From assembly GCA_951406725.2 (NCBI GenBank), contig OX597822.1, positions 94,116,001-94,180,000 on the forward strand: a DNA stretch of 64,000 nt. Direction: 5' to 3'. The notes below the pieces were generated by a model that saw only the letters and a program-made list of their open reading frames with translations, ran no database searches and was not told where the DNA came from. This DNA comes from Octopus vulgaris (Eukaryota). Each line of letters starts with the position of its first letter. The first letter of the stretch is position 1. Below, piece after piece: positions 39,239 to 51,476 of the stretch. A program made the translations under genes and the position numbers.

Positions 39239-39659
39239 GGATCTTTTTGGTTTGAACGGCAGTTTTTTCCAGCTGTGTCATATGAAATTGTCACCCATAA
39301 TTATGACCCTAGTATCGATCTATTGCATTTCAATCTATTTTAGGGTTAGGGTTAGGGTTAGGGGTGGAGGGAAGGGTATCTTTTTTTCTTCACAAATGTA
39401 AATAAACCCAATCTGTTTCTTAAATGAGGGACATATTCATATGGCACAATGTTTTTTACCTCAAATACATCAGTGATTGGTTGAAATTTCAGAAATTGAA
39501 GAAAAAAAAGCAACAAACATATTACAAACTATAGAATTTTCTCAATAAAGCCAAGAGAAAAAGATGTTTTATAAACACATTCTACCAGTATACGAAGTTT
39601 AAAATTTTTTAGTTACCTAGAAATTATGTTAAAAACTCCCGTTCAAACCGAAAAGATCC
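39239..39659. mobile_element. MITE with ~29-bp TIRs, 8-bp TSD and internal (TTAGGG)4
   Basis: aaatatta|ggatctttttggtttgaacggcagttttt...aaaaactcccgttcaaaccgaaaagatcc|aaatatta. Confidence 0.88.
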
Positions 39660-40231
39660 AAATATTAGATCTATTCATACTTTATCCCCTGTATCCCATT
39701 ACACTTTCCTCTGTGTCATGATGCTTCAGTAAGGAGAGGCTTCATCAAATCTGTTTGAATCAGATGCACCTATCTATTTACTCACCTGTGCTGCTTATCT
39801 TCACTCCATGCCCTGGTCTGTCTTTTATTGATATCCATCACCCTCTTTCCATCACCATTCTAATTACTCATTATTTTGTGCTCTTCTTTAGCAATTAACA
39901 TGACCACTCAGTTGAAAATGAGTACCAGTTACATAAAATGAAGTGGTTTGCTGAAGAGAAATGTGCCACTTAGTTCGGGAATTGAAACCATGACCTTGTG
40001 ATCATTTGTCCTATACTCTAAACACTTGATCATGTACCTTCACTTTTCTGCCATAGCGTAAGGTTAATCAGAGCCTTGTGAATGAAATGGGGTAGATGAA
40101 AACTGTGTCAAATAGACTGTACCTTGAGTTTCTAGGTTCTGGCTTTGTCATATTTTATGTTACATCAAATTCTGCCTGAAGACGACATTAAAAGTACAAG
40201 TGGCTGTGGAATAAAAAACAGCAACAATTTA

Positions 40232-40628
40232 TCTTTATATATAAAAGTGAAGTTGTGTGTCTATCTCCTATGATTTAGATTCCTAACTACTCCCACATTT
40301 TGCGGTGCAGTTTAACCAAAACTGGGTATCTTATAGTTGTGATTCATATCGAGCCCTTCTGGGTATTAGCGCACGTCTACGATGAGTCTACGATTTAAAA
40401 AAAAATTTACCATCATTTTTTACCATTTTAATGCATTTTTTCGCTATTATATAAGGGAAGTAACTCTCTAAAAATGTCTACGATGAGTCAACGATTTAAA
40501 AAAAATTTACCATAATTTTTTTTCCATTTTTAATGCATTTATTTGCTATTTTTTGGCTATAACTCTCTAAAAATGCTTATATAAATATTTCTCTTACAAA
40601 CCCGAGCAACGCCGGGCGATACTGCTAG
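40232..40628 (+). mobile_element. non-autonomous Helitron (same family as 4442)
   Basis: A|TC...CTAG|T, same hairpin, internal ~100-bp duplication. Confidence 0.85.
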
Positions 40629-40812
40629 TTACTTATAAAGCAGATAGGGCTTAGTGGCAGGCATGGCATCAGGCTGTGAATTAGTGCTTCGATTTGTTCT
40701 CATCCGTCTCATGCTAACTTAGAAAAGCACACATAAAACAAACAAGTGAATATTTATGTGTGAATGTCTCTGTAGCTCAGGTTTGTTTTACACATTATTT
40801 GTGTATTTTCAG

Positions 40813-40967
40813 GTGTTTTGTCAAGAAGCTTTAATGGCAGTAGCAGATTGGCCTATGATTCAACAGATATTTCTGTTTGGTAATCCAATAATGGCAAATA
40901 CCAGAGAGAAGGAAATTTCCATGATGACTGCAACTCTTTGTGACAGACTTGGTGTTGATGTTTTTTG
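40813..40967 (+). CDS. XRRA1: XRRA1-like exon (VFCQEALMAVADWPMIQQIFLFGNPIMANTRE...LCDRLGVDVF)
   Basis: ttttcag acceptor, tg|gtaagt donor, LRR cap GNP..., RLG motif. Confidence 0.85.
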
Positions 40968-41971
40968 GTAAGTTTGAGCAATATTATAGTGCTTTTGAAT
41001 GTGGTGAGCTGATAGAATCGTTAGCATGTCAGGCAAAATGCTTAGCAGTATTTCTCCTGTACTCCTTTACTTGTTTCAGCCATTTGACTGTGGCCATGCT
41101 GGAGCACCACCTTTAGTCGAGCAAATCGACGCCAGGACTTATTCTTTGTAAGCCTAGTACTTATTCTATCGGTCTCTTTTAGCCGAACCGCTAAGTTACG
41201 GGGACGTAAGCACACCACCATCGGTTGTCAAGCAATGTTAGGGGGACAAACACAAACACACAAACATATTCACACACACATACATATATATATATAAGAT
41301 GGGCTTCTTTCAGTTTCCATCTACCAAATCCACTCACAAGGCTTTGGTTGGCCCGAGGCTATAGTAGAAGAGACTTGTCCAAGGTGCCACGCAGTAGGAC
41401 TGAACCCGGAACCATGTGGTTGGTAAGCAAGCTACTTACCACACAGCCACTCCTACGCCTGTCTTTATGTTCTGAATTCAGATTCTGTTATGGTTGACTT
41501 TGCCTTTCATTCTTTCGGGGTTGATAAAATAAGTACCTATTGAGCACTGGGGTTGATGTAATCGACTTATCCACTGTACCAAAATTGCTCATCTTGTGCC
41601 AAAATTTGAAACTAATAGTATAATGCTTTCAGATGACTGAAGATAGCATGGTAATGAGGTCTTATCTTGGAGCAAAGTTGTGGTTGTGTTAAACATTCTG
41701 ACTACACACATCGCTCTAGCTGCCTCTGTCTGCCTGGCCAACGACAACTACAGCTAGCTATCATAAATGAGTATGGCTCAGTAACATGTACAAAGGGTTG
41801 CTAGAAAGTTCCTGGCTTTAAGGGTATCACAAAGGGCTTGGTTGGTGGCCCAACATTCTATGTTCTTTTACATGACTTAAGAAAACTGAAGGACCACTGC
41901 AATAAGTGTATGAATCTAAGAGGGGAATATGTTGAATAAAATCATAATTAACTGATTTTATGTATGTGTGT

Positions 41972-42013
<42 letters not shown>

Positions 42014-42015
<2 letters not shown>

Positions 42016-42175
42016 CGGGAAAGTTTACAAAAATAAACAAAAGACGAAGGCAGGTGGAGTACAAACAAACAAATGTATTAGTATAGCGCTCAGGAATAGA
42101 AATAGAAAAAGTCTTTTACATTTCGAGCCTACGCTCTTCGACAGAAAGATACACAGAAAAAAACAAGGAGGGAAA
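42014..42175 (-). mobile_element. solo 3' terminus of the PLE pLTR with variant hammerhead (42112-42149); older copy ~44365-44490(-)
   Basis: reverse complement matches 16640-16792; abuts (TA)n. Confidence 0.85.
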
Positions 42176-42280
42176 AAAGGATTCTTCTTTCTTTCATCCT
42201 TTTCAAGCCTAGCCAGGCTCATGGGGCCAGTTTCTATGGCATATGTGTTCCCCCCAGCTGGACGGGACGCCAGTCCATCG

Positions 42281-42318
<38 letters not shown>

Positions 42319-43076
42319 AATAGATACACACACACAAACATACACATATGAGGGGGTACTGAAAAGTTCCTGACTTTAAGGATATTGCAAAAGGCCTGGT
42401 TGTAGGCCCAACCTTTGAAGTTCTTTTACAGAGCTTAGAAAAACTGAAAGTATCACTGCAATAAGTGTGTGAGTCTAAGAGGGGAATATGTCAAATAAAA
42501 TAATTAAGTGATCCTCCTGTACTTTTTGGGTTCCCAAAACCAGGAACTTTTCAGCCCACCCACCTTGTATCTTTCTTTTGCTAATTGTTTCCAATGAATA
42601 TTTGGTAATGAGCAGACAGAAACAATCTCTCATCTCCATCATCTTTGATGTAACAGAATATCCAGGAGGATCAGCTGGTTCTCATTAATGCTGGAATTGT
42701 GTGAAAGGAAGTGGCTTTCTCAATGAGACAACATACTGCCTGGTCCAAGAATTGAACCTGTTCTCGTATGATGGCGAACTGAACACTTTAACTAATATGC
42801 TATGTACATTTACTTGGCTAACAGTTGCTACTACTACTATTTCATTGTCAATATTTGAGTTGTTTGTAAACAAAATTATCAATATGTAACTTGCACACAA
42901 GGTGGTGAGCAGGCAGAATTGTTATGTTAGCATGCTGAATAAAATGCTTAGTAGTATTTCATCTGTCTACTTTGCATTCAAATTTCACTGGGTCAACTTT
43001 ACCTTTTATCTTTTTGTGGCCAATAAAATAAATACCAGTTGACTGCTAAGTTTGATGTAATTGACTTCCCCACTCC

Positions 43077-43453
43077 TACTTGCTTATATATACTTGTGAC
43101 GGCGTTCACCCAGGGCGGGTTGAGCCGGCTTCTTCTCTGGTCATAGAAGTTTCGTGGGAATATTGAATTCACAAGCAGTCCCCGACATCCCGCATGCATA
43201 TCCTGAGTGATGGGGCACCCTGTTTGCTGTGGAGTCTCCACAGACGCAGGGACAGAACGACCCCGAAACCGCCGATTGCCGATCAGACGCCTCTTGGAAT
43301 TTTCACCAGAGCCCTATTGGCCAGGCTGCGGCCCTAATACCGTTCGGTGCCAGACCAATCCACCTTGGGTTGCCCTACAAGGAACTGAAGTTTCCGACGG
43401 CATAGCTCTGACACTGCCTGTTTACACCACCCTACTGCTTTGAGGAGGGGTTG
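43077..43453 (-). mobile_element. 377-bp non-autonomous RTE-like retroposon
   Basis: 14-bp TSD gacttccccactcc (43063-76, 43454-67); gagctatgcc...gtagggcaacccaagg resembles the RTE/BovB 5' UTR motif; aagta-type tail. Confidence 0.7.
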
Positions 43454-45120
43454 GACTTCCCCACTCCCCTTAACTTGCTGGCCTTATGCCAAAATTTGAA
43501 ACCATGTGCTGCCATCTGTTGGTGCACTACAGTAATAATCTGGAAAATTTTTGGTACCACCTCACAATATGCAGGTATTACAACATGCAAATATTAATTT
43601 TTGGTATTTGCATGAGGCCACAAATTTAGCATGGAGGTAGAGTCAATCAAATCTGTCCCAATTCATGATACGTACTTCATTATATCAACACATCTCTTAA
43701 TCACACTTATCTACTCCTTTTACTAGCCCTTATACTATCTGCTGATTCTATTCACTTTGTTTCTACCATCTCACTTTCATCATCCTACCTATTTCTTTAC
43801 TACCCACAAGGGGCTAAACACAGAGAGGACAAACAAGGACAGACAAACGTATTAAGTCGATTATATTGACCCCAGTGCGTATCTGGTACTTAATTTATCG
43901 ACCCCGAAAGGATGAAAGGCAAAGTCAACCTTGGCGGAATTTGAACTCAGAACGTAACGGCAGACGAAATACTGTTAAGCATTTTGCCCGGCGTGCTAAC
44001 ATTTCTGCCAGCTCGCCGCCTTTCACCATCCTACCTATCCTGGTTCTTCTCTTTCCTTTGCTGTCACTTCTATTCACCTCTTCCTCCTGAACATGTTATA
44101 GAGTGGTGAGGTCTCATCTTCAGTTATGAGGCAACTCACTGTTGTTGATGATGCTGTAGGTTCTCTGTGTATATCATGTAAAACAGAGGTCTCCGACTAC
44201 TTGACCACAGACCAATATAGATGTAATTATATATTTACATCTAGCTATCTATCTATACATGCATGCATCCATCCACCCATTTATCTGTCTGTCTATATGT
44301 GTGTGTATATATATATATATATATATACACACAATGCACACACACACATATATATATATATATAGTTCAAATTTACTGAAAACAAAAGACGAAGACAGGT
44401 GAAAGAACAACAAGCATGTGTATTAGTTTAACACTTGGGAAGAATGGAAAGGTCTTTGATGTTTCAAGCCTACACTCCTTGACAGAAAGGTGTGACTGTA
44501 TGGTAAGAAGCTTGCTTCCCAACCGGATGGTTCTGAGTTCAGTCCCACCGTGTGGCATCTTGGGAGAGTGTCTTCTACTATAGCCTTGGGCTGACCAAAG
44601 CATTGTGAGTAGATATGGTAGATGGAAACTGAAAGAGCCTGTCATGTATATATCTATGTATATGTGTCTTTGTGTCTGTGTTTGTTCCTACCATCACCGC
44701 TTTACAACTAGTATTTGTGTGTTTATGCCTCTGTAACTTAGTGGTTTTGGGATGTGAAGATTATACTGAACTAGCAAGGTGCCTCAATTTAAGTACCTAA
44801 TTTAACTGGATCTTAATTATATTTTAATTTTTCAACAATACATAAATATATATATATATATGTATACAGAGAGAGAGAGAGAAAGAGAGAAAGATGGATA
44901 GATATAGAGGTAGATAGATGGCTAGATGTATATATACATATATATATAGAGAGAGAGCTTCCTAGCTATATGATTTCGGGTTCGGTCCCACTGCGTGGCA
45001 TTTTGGGTAGGTGTCTTCTGCTGTAGCCCCGAGCCGACTGAAGCTTTGTGATTGAATTCGGCAGGCGGAAGTTACTGCTGTGTGTGTATATGTGCATGTA
45101 GGTGCTTGTGCCTCTCCAAA

Positions 45121-45167
<47 letters not shown>

Positions 45168-45460
45168 TGGATGGGGTGTGTGTGTGTGTGTGTATGTGTG
45201 AGTGAGTGTTTGTAATGCTTTTTGTGCATATGTATTTACATACAGAGGACAATATATATTTTCCATCTGATCTGAGTTAGAAACTTTGTCAAATCCCATT
45301 GGAACCAGGTGCAGCCCACTGACTTAGTAGTTTTCAGTCAAACCGTCCAGCCCATGCCAGAATGGAAAGCAGATGTTAAATGATGATGATGTTGATGATC
45401 CAATCAGTTTGTGAATTTTTTTTTAAAATACACTCATATTGCTGTTTTACTTTGCTATAG

Positions 45461-45521
45461 TAAACCTCTCCATGACCAGGATCAACGTCACCTCGAGATA
45501 CAGGTTAATAATTCACGGAAA
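45461..45521 (+). CDS. XRRA1: XRRA1-like small exon (KPLHDQDQRHLEIQVNNSRK)
   Basis: tttgctatag acceptor, aaa|gtaagt donor; 61 nt converts phase 2 to phase 0 as required. Confidence 0.75.
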
Positions 45522-47983
45522 GTAAGTTTTATTTCTTCTTCAGCCCTTACTTTACTTCCCTTCCTATCACCGTCTTCTTGCTAACCCAAACACCTATTCT
45601 TGTATTGAACTGTCTTCTCATATTCTCTTCTTTGAGGTAGGACTCCATCACTTGAACACATCTTATGTTTTATCTTTTACTTGCTTTAGTCATTGGACTG
45701 TGGCCATGTGGGGGCATTGCCTCGATGGGTTTGAACAAATTGATGCCAGTACTTATCGATTCTTTTGTTGAACCACTAAGTTATGGGGATGTAAACAAAC
45801 CAACATCGATTATCATGTAGTGGAAATGGACAAACACAAACACAAATATGACATACAGACACACACACACACACACATGTATGATGGGCTTCTTTCAGTT
45901 TCCATCAACCAAATCCACTCAAGGCTTTGGTTGACTCGAAGCTGTAGTGCTCAAGGTGCCACACAACAAGAATGAAACATCTCACTACGCACCACCATTA
46001 ATTACTCTCCTTTGACTCTTGTGTGGAGGCACATGGCTTAGTGGTTAGGGTGTTGGACACATAATCATAAGATTGTGGTTTTGATTCTTGGACCGGGTGA
46101 TGCATTGTGTTCTTGAGCAAAACACTTTATTTTACATTGTGCTGATCCTCTCAGCCAGCAAAACTAAGTAATCCTGTGATGGCCCAGCGTCCCGTACAGG
46201 TGGGGAATCTATAATATAAATTATTCATGGCCGATCGTTGTATTCTTTATTGTCTTGAGGTTCACAGCCAAACGGTTGAGTGGATTTGTGTAAAAAATGG
46301 CACACATGTAGAGACGGATGCATACATTGGAATGCGGTTTGTATTTTTTATCCTAGCTCCCATAGTTACCGAGAAAATCGATTAAAACTTTTCTAATGGA
46401 ATTCCCGTTTGTTCCACCATAAAACAACCAGTTGCTCACACAGCAGGGGCACGCACACACACACACACACACACAAATTGGTGGAATTTGAACTCAGAAG
46501 GCAAAGACAGATGTAATGCTGCTAGCCATTTTGCCTGGCATGCAAACGGTTCAGTCACCTCACCATATTGACTCTTCATATTGATTTCAGATTTTGGCTC
46601 AAGGTCATCAATTTAGGGGAAGGGATAAGTCAATCACATCGACCCCAGTACTCAACTGGTACTCATTTTATCCATGCCTAAAGGATGACAGGCAAAGTCG
46701 ACCTGGGTGGAATTTGAACTCAGAACATGAAAGTGGATATGTCGCTGAGCATTTTGCCTGGCATGGTAACGATTCTGCCAGCTCACCACCTTTTTAGTTC
46801 CTCATATTTTCATTGATTTCAAATTTTGGCCCATGGCCTGCAATTTCAAGGGATGGGATAAGTCAATAACAGTGACCCCAGTACTTGACTGGTACTTATT
46901 TTTATTGACCCCGAAAGGATGAAAAGCAAAGTCAACCTTAGCAGAACTTGAACTCAGAATGTAAAGACGGACGAAACGCCACTGAGCATTTTACTTGGCA
47001 TGCATCTTAGATGATTATCAAAACAAACATGTCACCATGTACTGATTCTTGCCATGATAAATTGACATTAGTAAAATAGAGATGTGGCTGTGTTTCTTGA
47101 TTTCTGTTATCAGTAATGGTAAACTATATTCAGAAAGCTTATGGCTGTGGCTTCATGTGTATCTGTGTGTGTGTGTGCTGTTGTCTCCTTGGAAGCACAT
47201 GGCCTAGTGGTTAGAGCAACAGACTTGCGGTCAAGGGCTCGCGGGTTCGAATCTCAGACCAGGCGATGTGTGTGTTTATGAGCGAAACACTTAAGCTCCA
47301 TGCAGATCCGGCAGAAGGTAATGGCGAACTTCTGCTGACTCTTTCGCCACAACATTCTCTCACTCTTTCCTCCTGCATCTTGCAGCTCACCTGCAACGGA
47401 CCGGTGTCCCGTCCAGACGGGGAACCTATATGCCAAGGAAGCCAGGAAACCAGCCCTTATGAGCCAGGCATGACTCGAGAAGGAACAAACATTGTCTCCT
47501 TGCCCTGGCATCATGCAGTAGTTGTAAAATGAGTGTTACCGTTATGCAAGTGGTGTCCATTATTTCCAATTTCCCATGAATACATGTCTGGCCAAGGGGG
47601 GAATATTACCTTACTTGGAAACAGACAAGGGTCAGTGTCAGGAAGGGCATCTGGCAGAACACCACCTGCATGCAACTTGATTACCTTTAGCAGAGTCGAC
47701 TCTTTTGCTAGCATTTGGGTCGGGTTTCTTATTAGAGGATACCTTCTTCTTTCCCTTCCATTTGTCTCAGATGCCCTGTAAAGGGTCAAGGGTCAGAGTA
47801 CAGCCTTACTTCTTGACTAAAAGATAAAAAAAAAGAGCTGGCTAAAAAAAGAATCACATTATTGAATCTTCAATTAAACTTAATATCTGGAAGTAAAAGT
47901 ACTGATAATTCCATATATGTTTGTCATGAAATATGCATTCTTATGAAATTTATATTTTGCTTTTGTTTTCTTTGTCTTCATAG

Positions 47984-48235
47984 GTTAAATCTGTCGTTCG
48001 AAAGGTTCCCAAAGTACCTGTGGAAAAGTTGATGGCAATTGAAGATGCCCAACCTTCATGGGAACGACCATTTAGAAAGGGCTGTTTTAAAACAGAATCT
48101 AGTGAGGAGAAGAGCAAAACTGTCTCGCTCGAAGAATATCCACCACTTGTCATTGAAGATAGTCAAACAAAATCACCAACTTCAGACAAAGCCCTGCCTA
48201 AGAATACTGAAGATCAACCATTCTTTGTTACACAG
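47984..48235 (+). CDS. XRRA1: XRRA1-like exon (VKSVVRKVPKVPVEKLM...QPFFVTQ)
   Basis: polypyrimidine plus tag acceptor, cag|gtatat donor, KVPK and FFVTQ motifs, phase 0-0. Confidence 0.8.
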
Positions 48236-48684
48236 GTATATTTGAAGAAATTCATCTGTTATTTTTTAAAAAATTTTTTAGCCAATTTTTTTTCTTGCTT
48301 CCTCTCTTCAATTGGTCCACATGTTCTTAGCAGAGTTCACTTGGTTGCAAGCATTCAAACTGTCATCCATGCTTTTCCTTTGGACCAGTGATTCTCAAGT
48401 CAGGGCATGGTAATATTTTGGTAGAGTGTGACTTACTTCAGAATGGTACTTAAGTAAAAAGTGACTGTGTGGTAAGAAGTTTGTTTCTCAACCATATAGT
48501 TCTAGATTCGGTTCCAGTACATGGTACTATGGGCAAGTGTCTTCTACTTTAGCCTTGGGCTAACCAAAGCTTTGTGAGTGGATTTAGTGGTTAGAAACTG
48601 AAAGAAGCCTGTAATATATGTGTGTGTGTGTGTGTGTGGGCGTGTGCGTGTGTATGTGTGTGTGTGTGTGTATATATATATATA

Positions 48685-49206
48685 AGCAAAAAACATTGCT
48701 TTACCACACACCGAACTTTTAGAAATAGCAGCCAAAGAATTTAGCTATTTCCTCTACTATAAAAAGAGTCTCCCAGACAATGTATACTCAAAAACAATTC
48801 ATGTAGGCATAGAGGGAAAAATAACGAAAGTTCACTCAAAAATTAGATTACTTGTGAACGCGTTTCTGTGTTAGTTAGACATAGAGATGCTAGAAATACA
48901 TCCCTATTCAAACATTCCCGTCATCAGCACAAGATTTCATTAAATTTAAATTTGAGAGCACTAAAAATCGAACATACCCGTCTGATTTGAGTAACAGACA
49001 AACCATCCTTGACGTCCAGTACCAACGAATTCAAAATATACGAATGAGGCTCTGTATCTTCCCCTGTCCACCCACGTGAGTTTTTGAGTATACATTGTCT
49101 GGGAGACTCTTTTTATAGTAGTGGAAATAGATAAATTCTTTGGCTGCTATTTCTGAAAGTTCGGTGTGTGGTAAAGCAATTTTTTTGCTGAACCCTAATT
49201 ATATAA
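48685..49206. mobile_element. inverted PLE-type terminus module (110-bp inverted arms)
   Basis: 48685-48795 is the reverse complement of 49080-49189; the same gctgaaccctaattata end occurs at ~4025 and ~35730. Confidence 0.75.
48851..48933 (-). ncRNA. type I hammerhead ribozyme
   Basis: cttgtg CTGATGA cggg..atagggatg/catctctat..caca GAA ACGCGT t cacaag; 6-bp stem I, base of stem II mismatched. Confidence 0.7.
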
Positions 49207-49208
49207 AG

Positions 49209-49252
<44 letters not shown>

Positions 49253-49258
<6 letters not shown>

Positions 49259-50842
49259 ACAGTGATTGCAAACCTCGTAATGGGTTACCATGAACTTAAG
49301 TTATACCAATCATCACTAGAAAAATATGGTGCCTCTTTTAATTGCTACTTAAAGGAGAACTGGAAGAGATATTTAGATGATTGCTTCATACTTTGGCAAG
49401 ATAGCATGGATCAACTCCTTGATTTCAAAAGAATGCTCAACAACATACACAGCAATATACAATTCACTATGGAACACAACAGTAAGCAACTCCCTTTTCT
49501 AGACATCTTAATTAGAATAGTTAACAACCACATAGAAACAGACATCTTTTATAAACCCACAGATTCTAAACAATACCTATTATTTAATTCCTGCCACCCC
49601 AAACACATAAAAATCAACATACCCTTTAACCTAGCAAAAAGAATCTGCACCATAGTTTCCGATACATACACTCGAGAACATAGACTCCTTGAACTTAGAT
49701 CTACACTAACTAAAAGACATTACCCAATCCCATTAGTAAATAAAGGCATCAAAAGAGCTAAGGAAATAGATATACAAAGGTTAAGTAAAACTAGCCGAAA
49801 TACTAAACAAGACTTAAAAATACTCCCGTACATCTCCACACATAACCCCAGAAACAATGAAGCCTTCAACATCATCACCCAAAACCTTCCCATCCTCACA
49901 GCAGACAAAACAATGAACGAAATTTTAAGCTCATATAAGATTATAAAAAGCAAAAAGCAACCGAAGTCACTGAAAAAAATATTAACCAGCGCTAGACTTT
50001 ACCCACTAACAACTGAGCCAAAAGTGACAAAATGTGGACGTTCTAACTGTGGAACATGCCCCCACCTTCTGGAGGGTTCAGAATTCCAATTCAAACAAGG
50101 AGAAATATTTAAGATCAAATCAAATTTCACCTGCGCCTCAGCAAATGTAATCTATGTCATGACATGCATAGGATGTGGTAAACTCTATATTGGACAAACA
50201 GGAATTTTGCTCCGTCAAAGAATCACCATTCACAAAGAACAAATCCGTCACCCACAATACAGACAGTTAAAGGTGAGTGAACACATAGAAAGATGTGCCA
50301 GGAATCTCAATCCCAATTTCCAAATATTTCCCTTTTACCAATGTTCACAGAACACCACAATGCAACAAAGGTTGAATAAAGAGGAATTTTTCATCAATAA
50401 ATTTCTCCCCCAACTAAATATGAACACACAACTCAATACAGAACACCACTAACTCTTCAATTGAAACCACTAAACCCTATACACTTACTACACCACTCAC
50501 ATCTCTAAATCCAGAACTACTTACCTCCCTTACAAATAATCTTTTTTCTCAGGAACTATTAGGCCTGACACTGTGTATTAACCGGTGTTGTTCAAATGAT
50601 GAATAGCTTTGCATAAACCATTGGTTCGTTTTGTTCTCTTACTTTATTATCATCTTATAATCATCTCATAATAATGACTTTTATGACTCGTATTACTACC
50701 TCAGTCAATCTAAATGTATATATTTGTCGTTACCTGTTATAAATAGCCTTTTTCTATTTGCAATATGCATTTTCGTTGATTTTTCATATTTTACCCTTAC
50801 ATTTCAACGTGTATTTTATAATTTCTTTTCGTAACATATTTC

Positions 50843-50846
<4 letters not shown>
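49253..50846 (+). mobile_element. 5'-truncated Neptune-type PLE (RT C-half plus GIY-YIG, open for 399 codons)
   Basis: ANLVMG, WKRYLDDCF, LPFLDI, CGRSNCGTC, VIYVMTC..C..LYIGQTG; (TA)n on both sides. Confidence 0.92.
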
Positions 50847-50881
<35 letters not shown>

Positions 50882-50887
50882 TATATG

Positions 50888-50969
<82 letters not shown>

Positions 50970-50998
50970 AATATATATATGTAAATATATATGTAAAA

Positions 50999-51066
<68 letters not shown>

Positions 51067-51274
51067 AGTTAGTGCGCGTGCGCGCGTGTGTGTGTTTTGT
51101 GATGGTCGAATGGCCAAGACGTTCCCAAGTTGAGTCAACAAGAGGGTCGGCCAAAATCTTTTGGAGCAAAACTAGGTACGAGGAAACTTCCCTTTTTCCT
51201 GAGCGCCTAATAATAATACTTTAATTGTTCCACCTCCTTGTGTTGTTGTTTTTTCTGTTTTCCCGTTTGGATTA

Positions 51275-51318
<44 letters not shown>

Positions 51319-51369
51319 CATATATATACATATATATATATATATATACATATGTATATATATAAATAA

Positions 51370-51443
<74 letters not shown>

Positions 51444-51476
51444 GTGTATGTATATATATATATATATGTATATATA

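Noticed and set aside
39340-39363. Chromosome end or fusion site
   Set aside because: Only four TTAGGG units, inside a TIR/TSD-bounded element
43420-43453. Twister ribozyme suggested by gaggaggggttgg on the + strand
   Set aside because: The other twister elements (UAA cleavage context, GUCCCAAGC loop, pseudoknots) are absent
47191-47265. tRNA gene (also 2570-2645, 6190-6260)
   Set aside because: tRNA-like head continues into a multi-copy SINE body; no complete cloverleaf
50590-50640. Possible hammerhead in the 3' UTR of the second PLE (atgatga...aaaccattggtt)
   Set aside because: C3 and G12 missing and no convincing stem I
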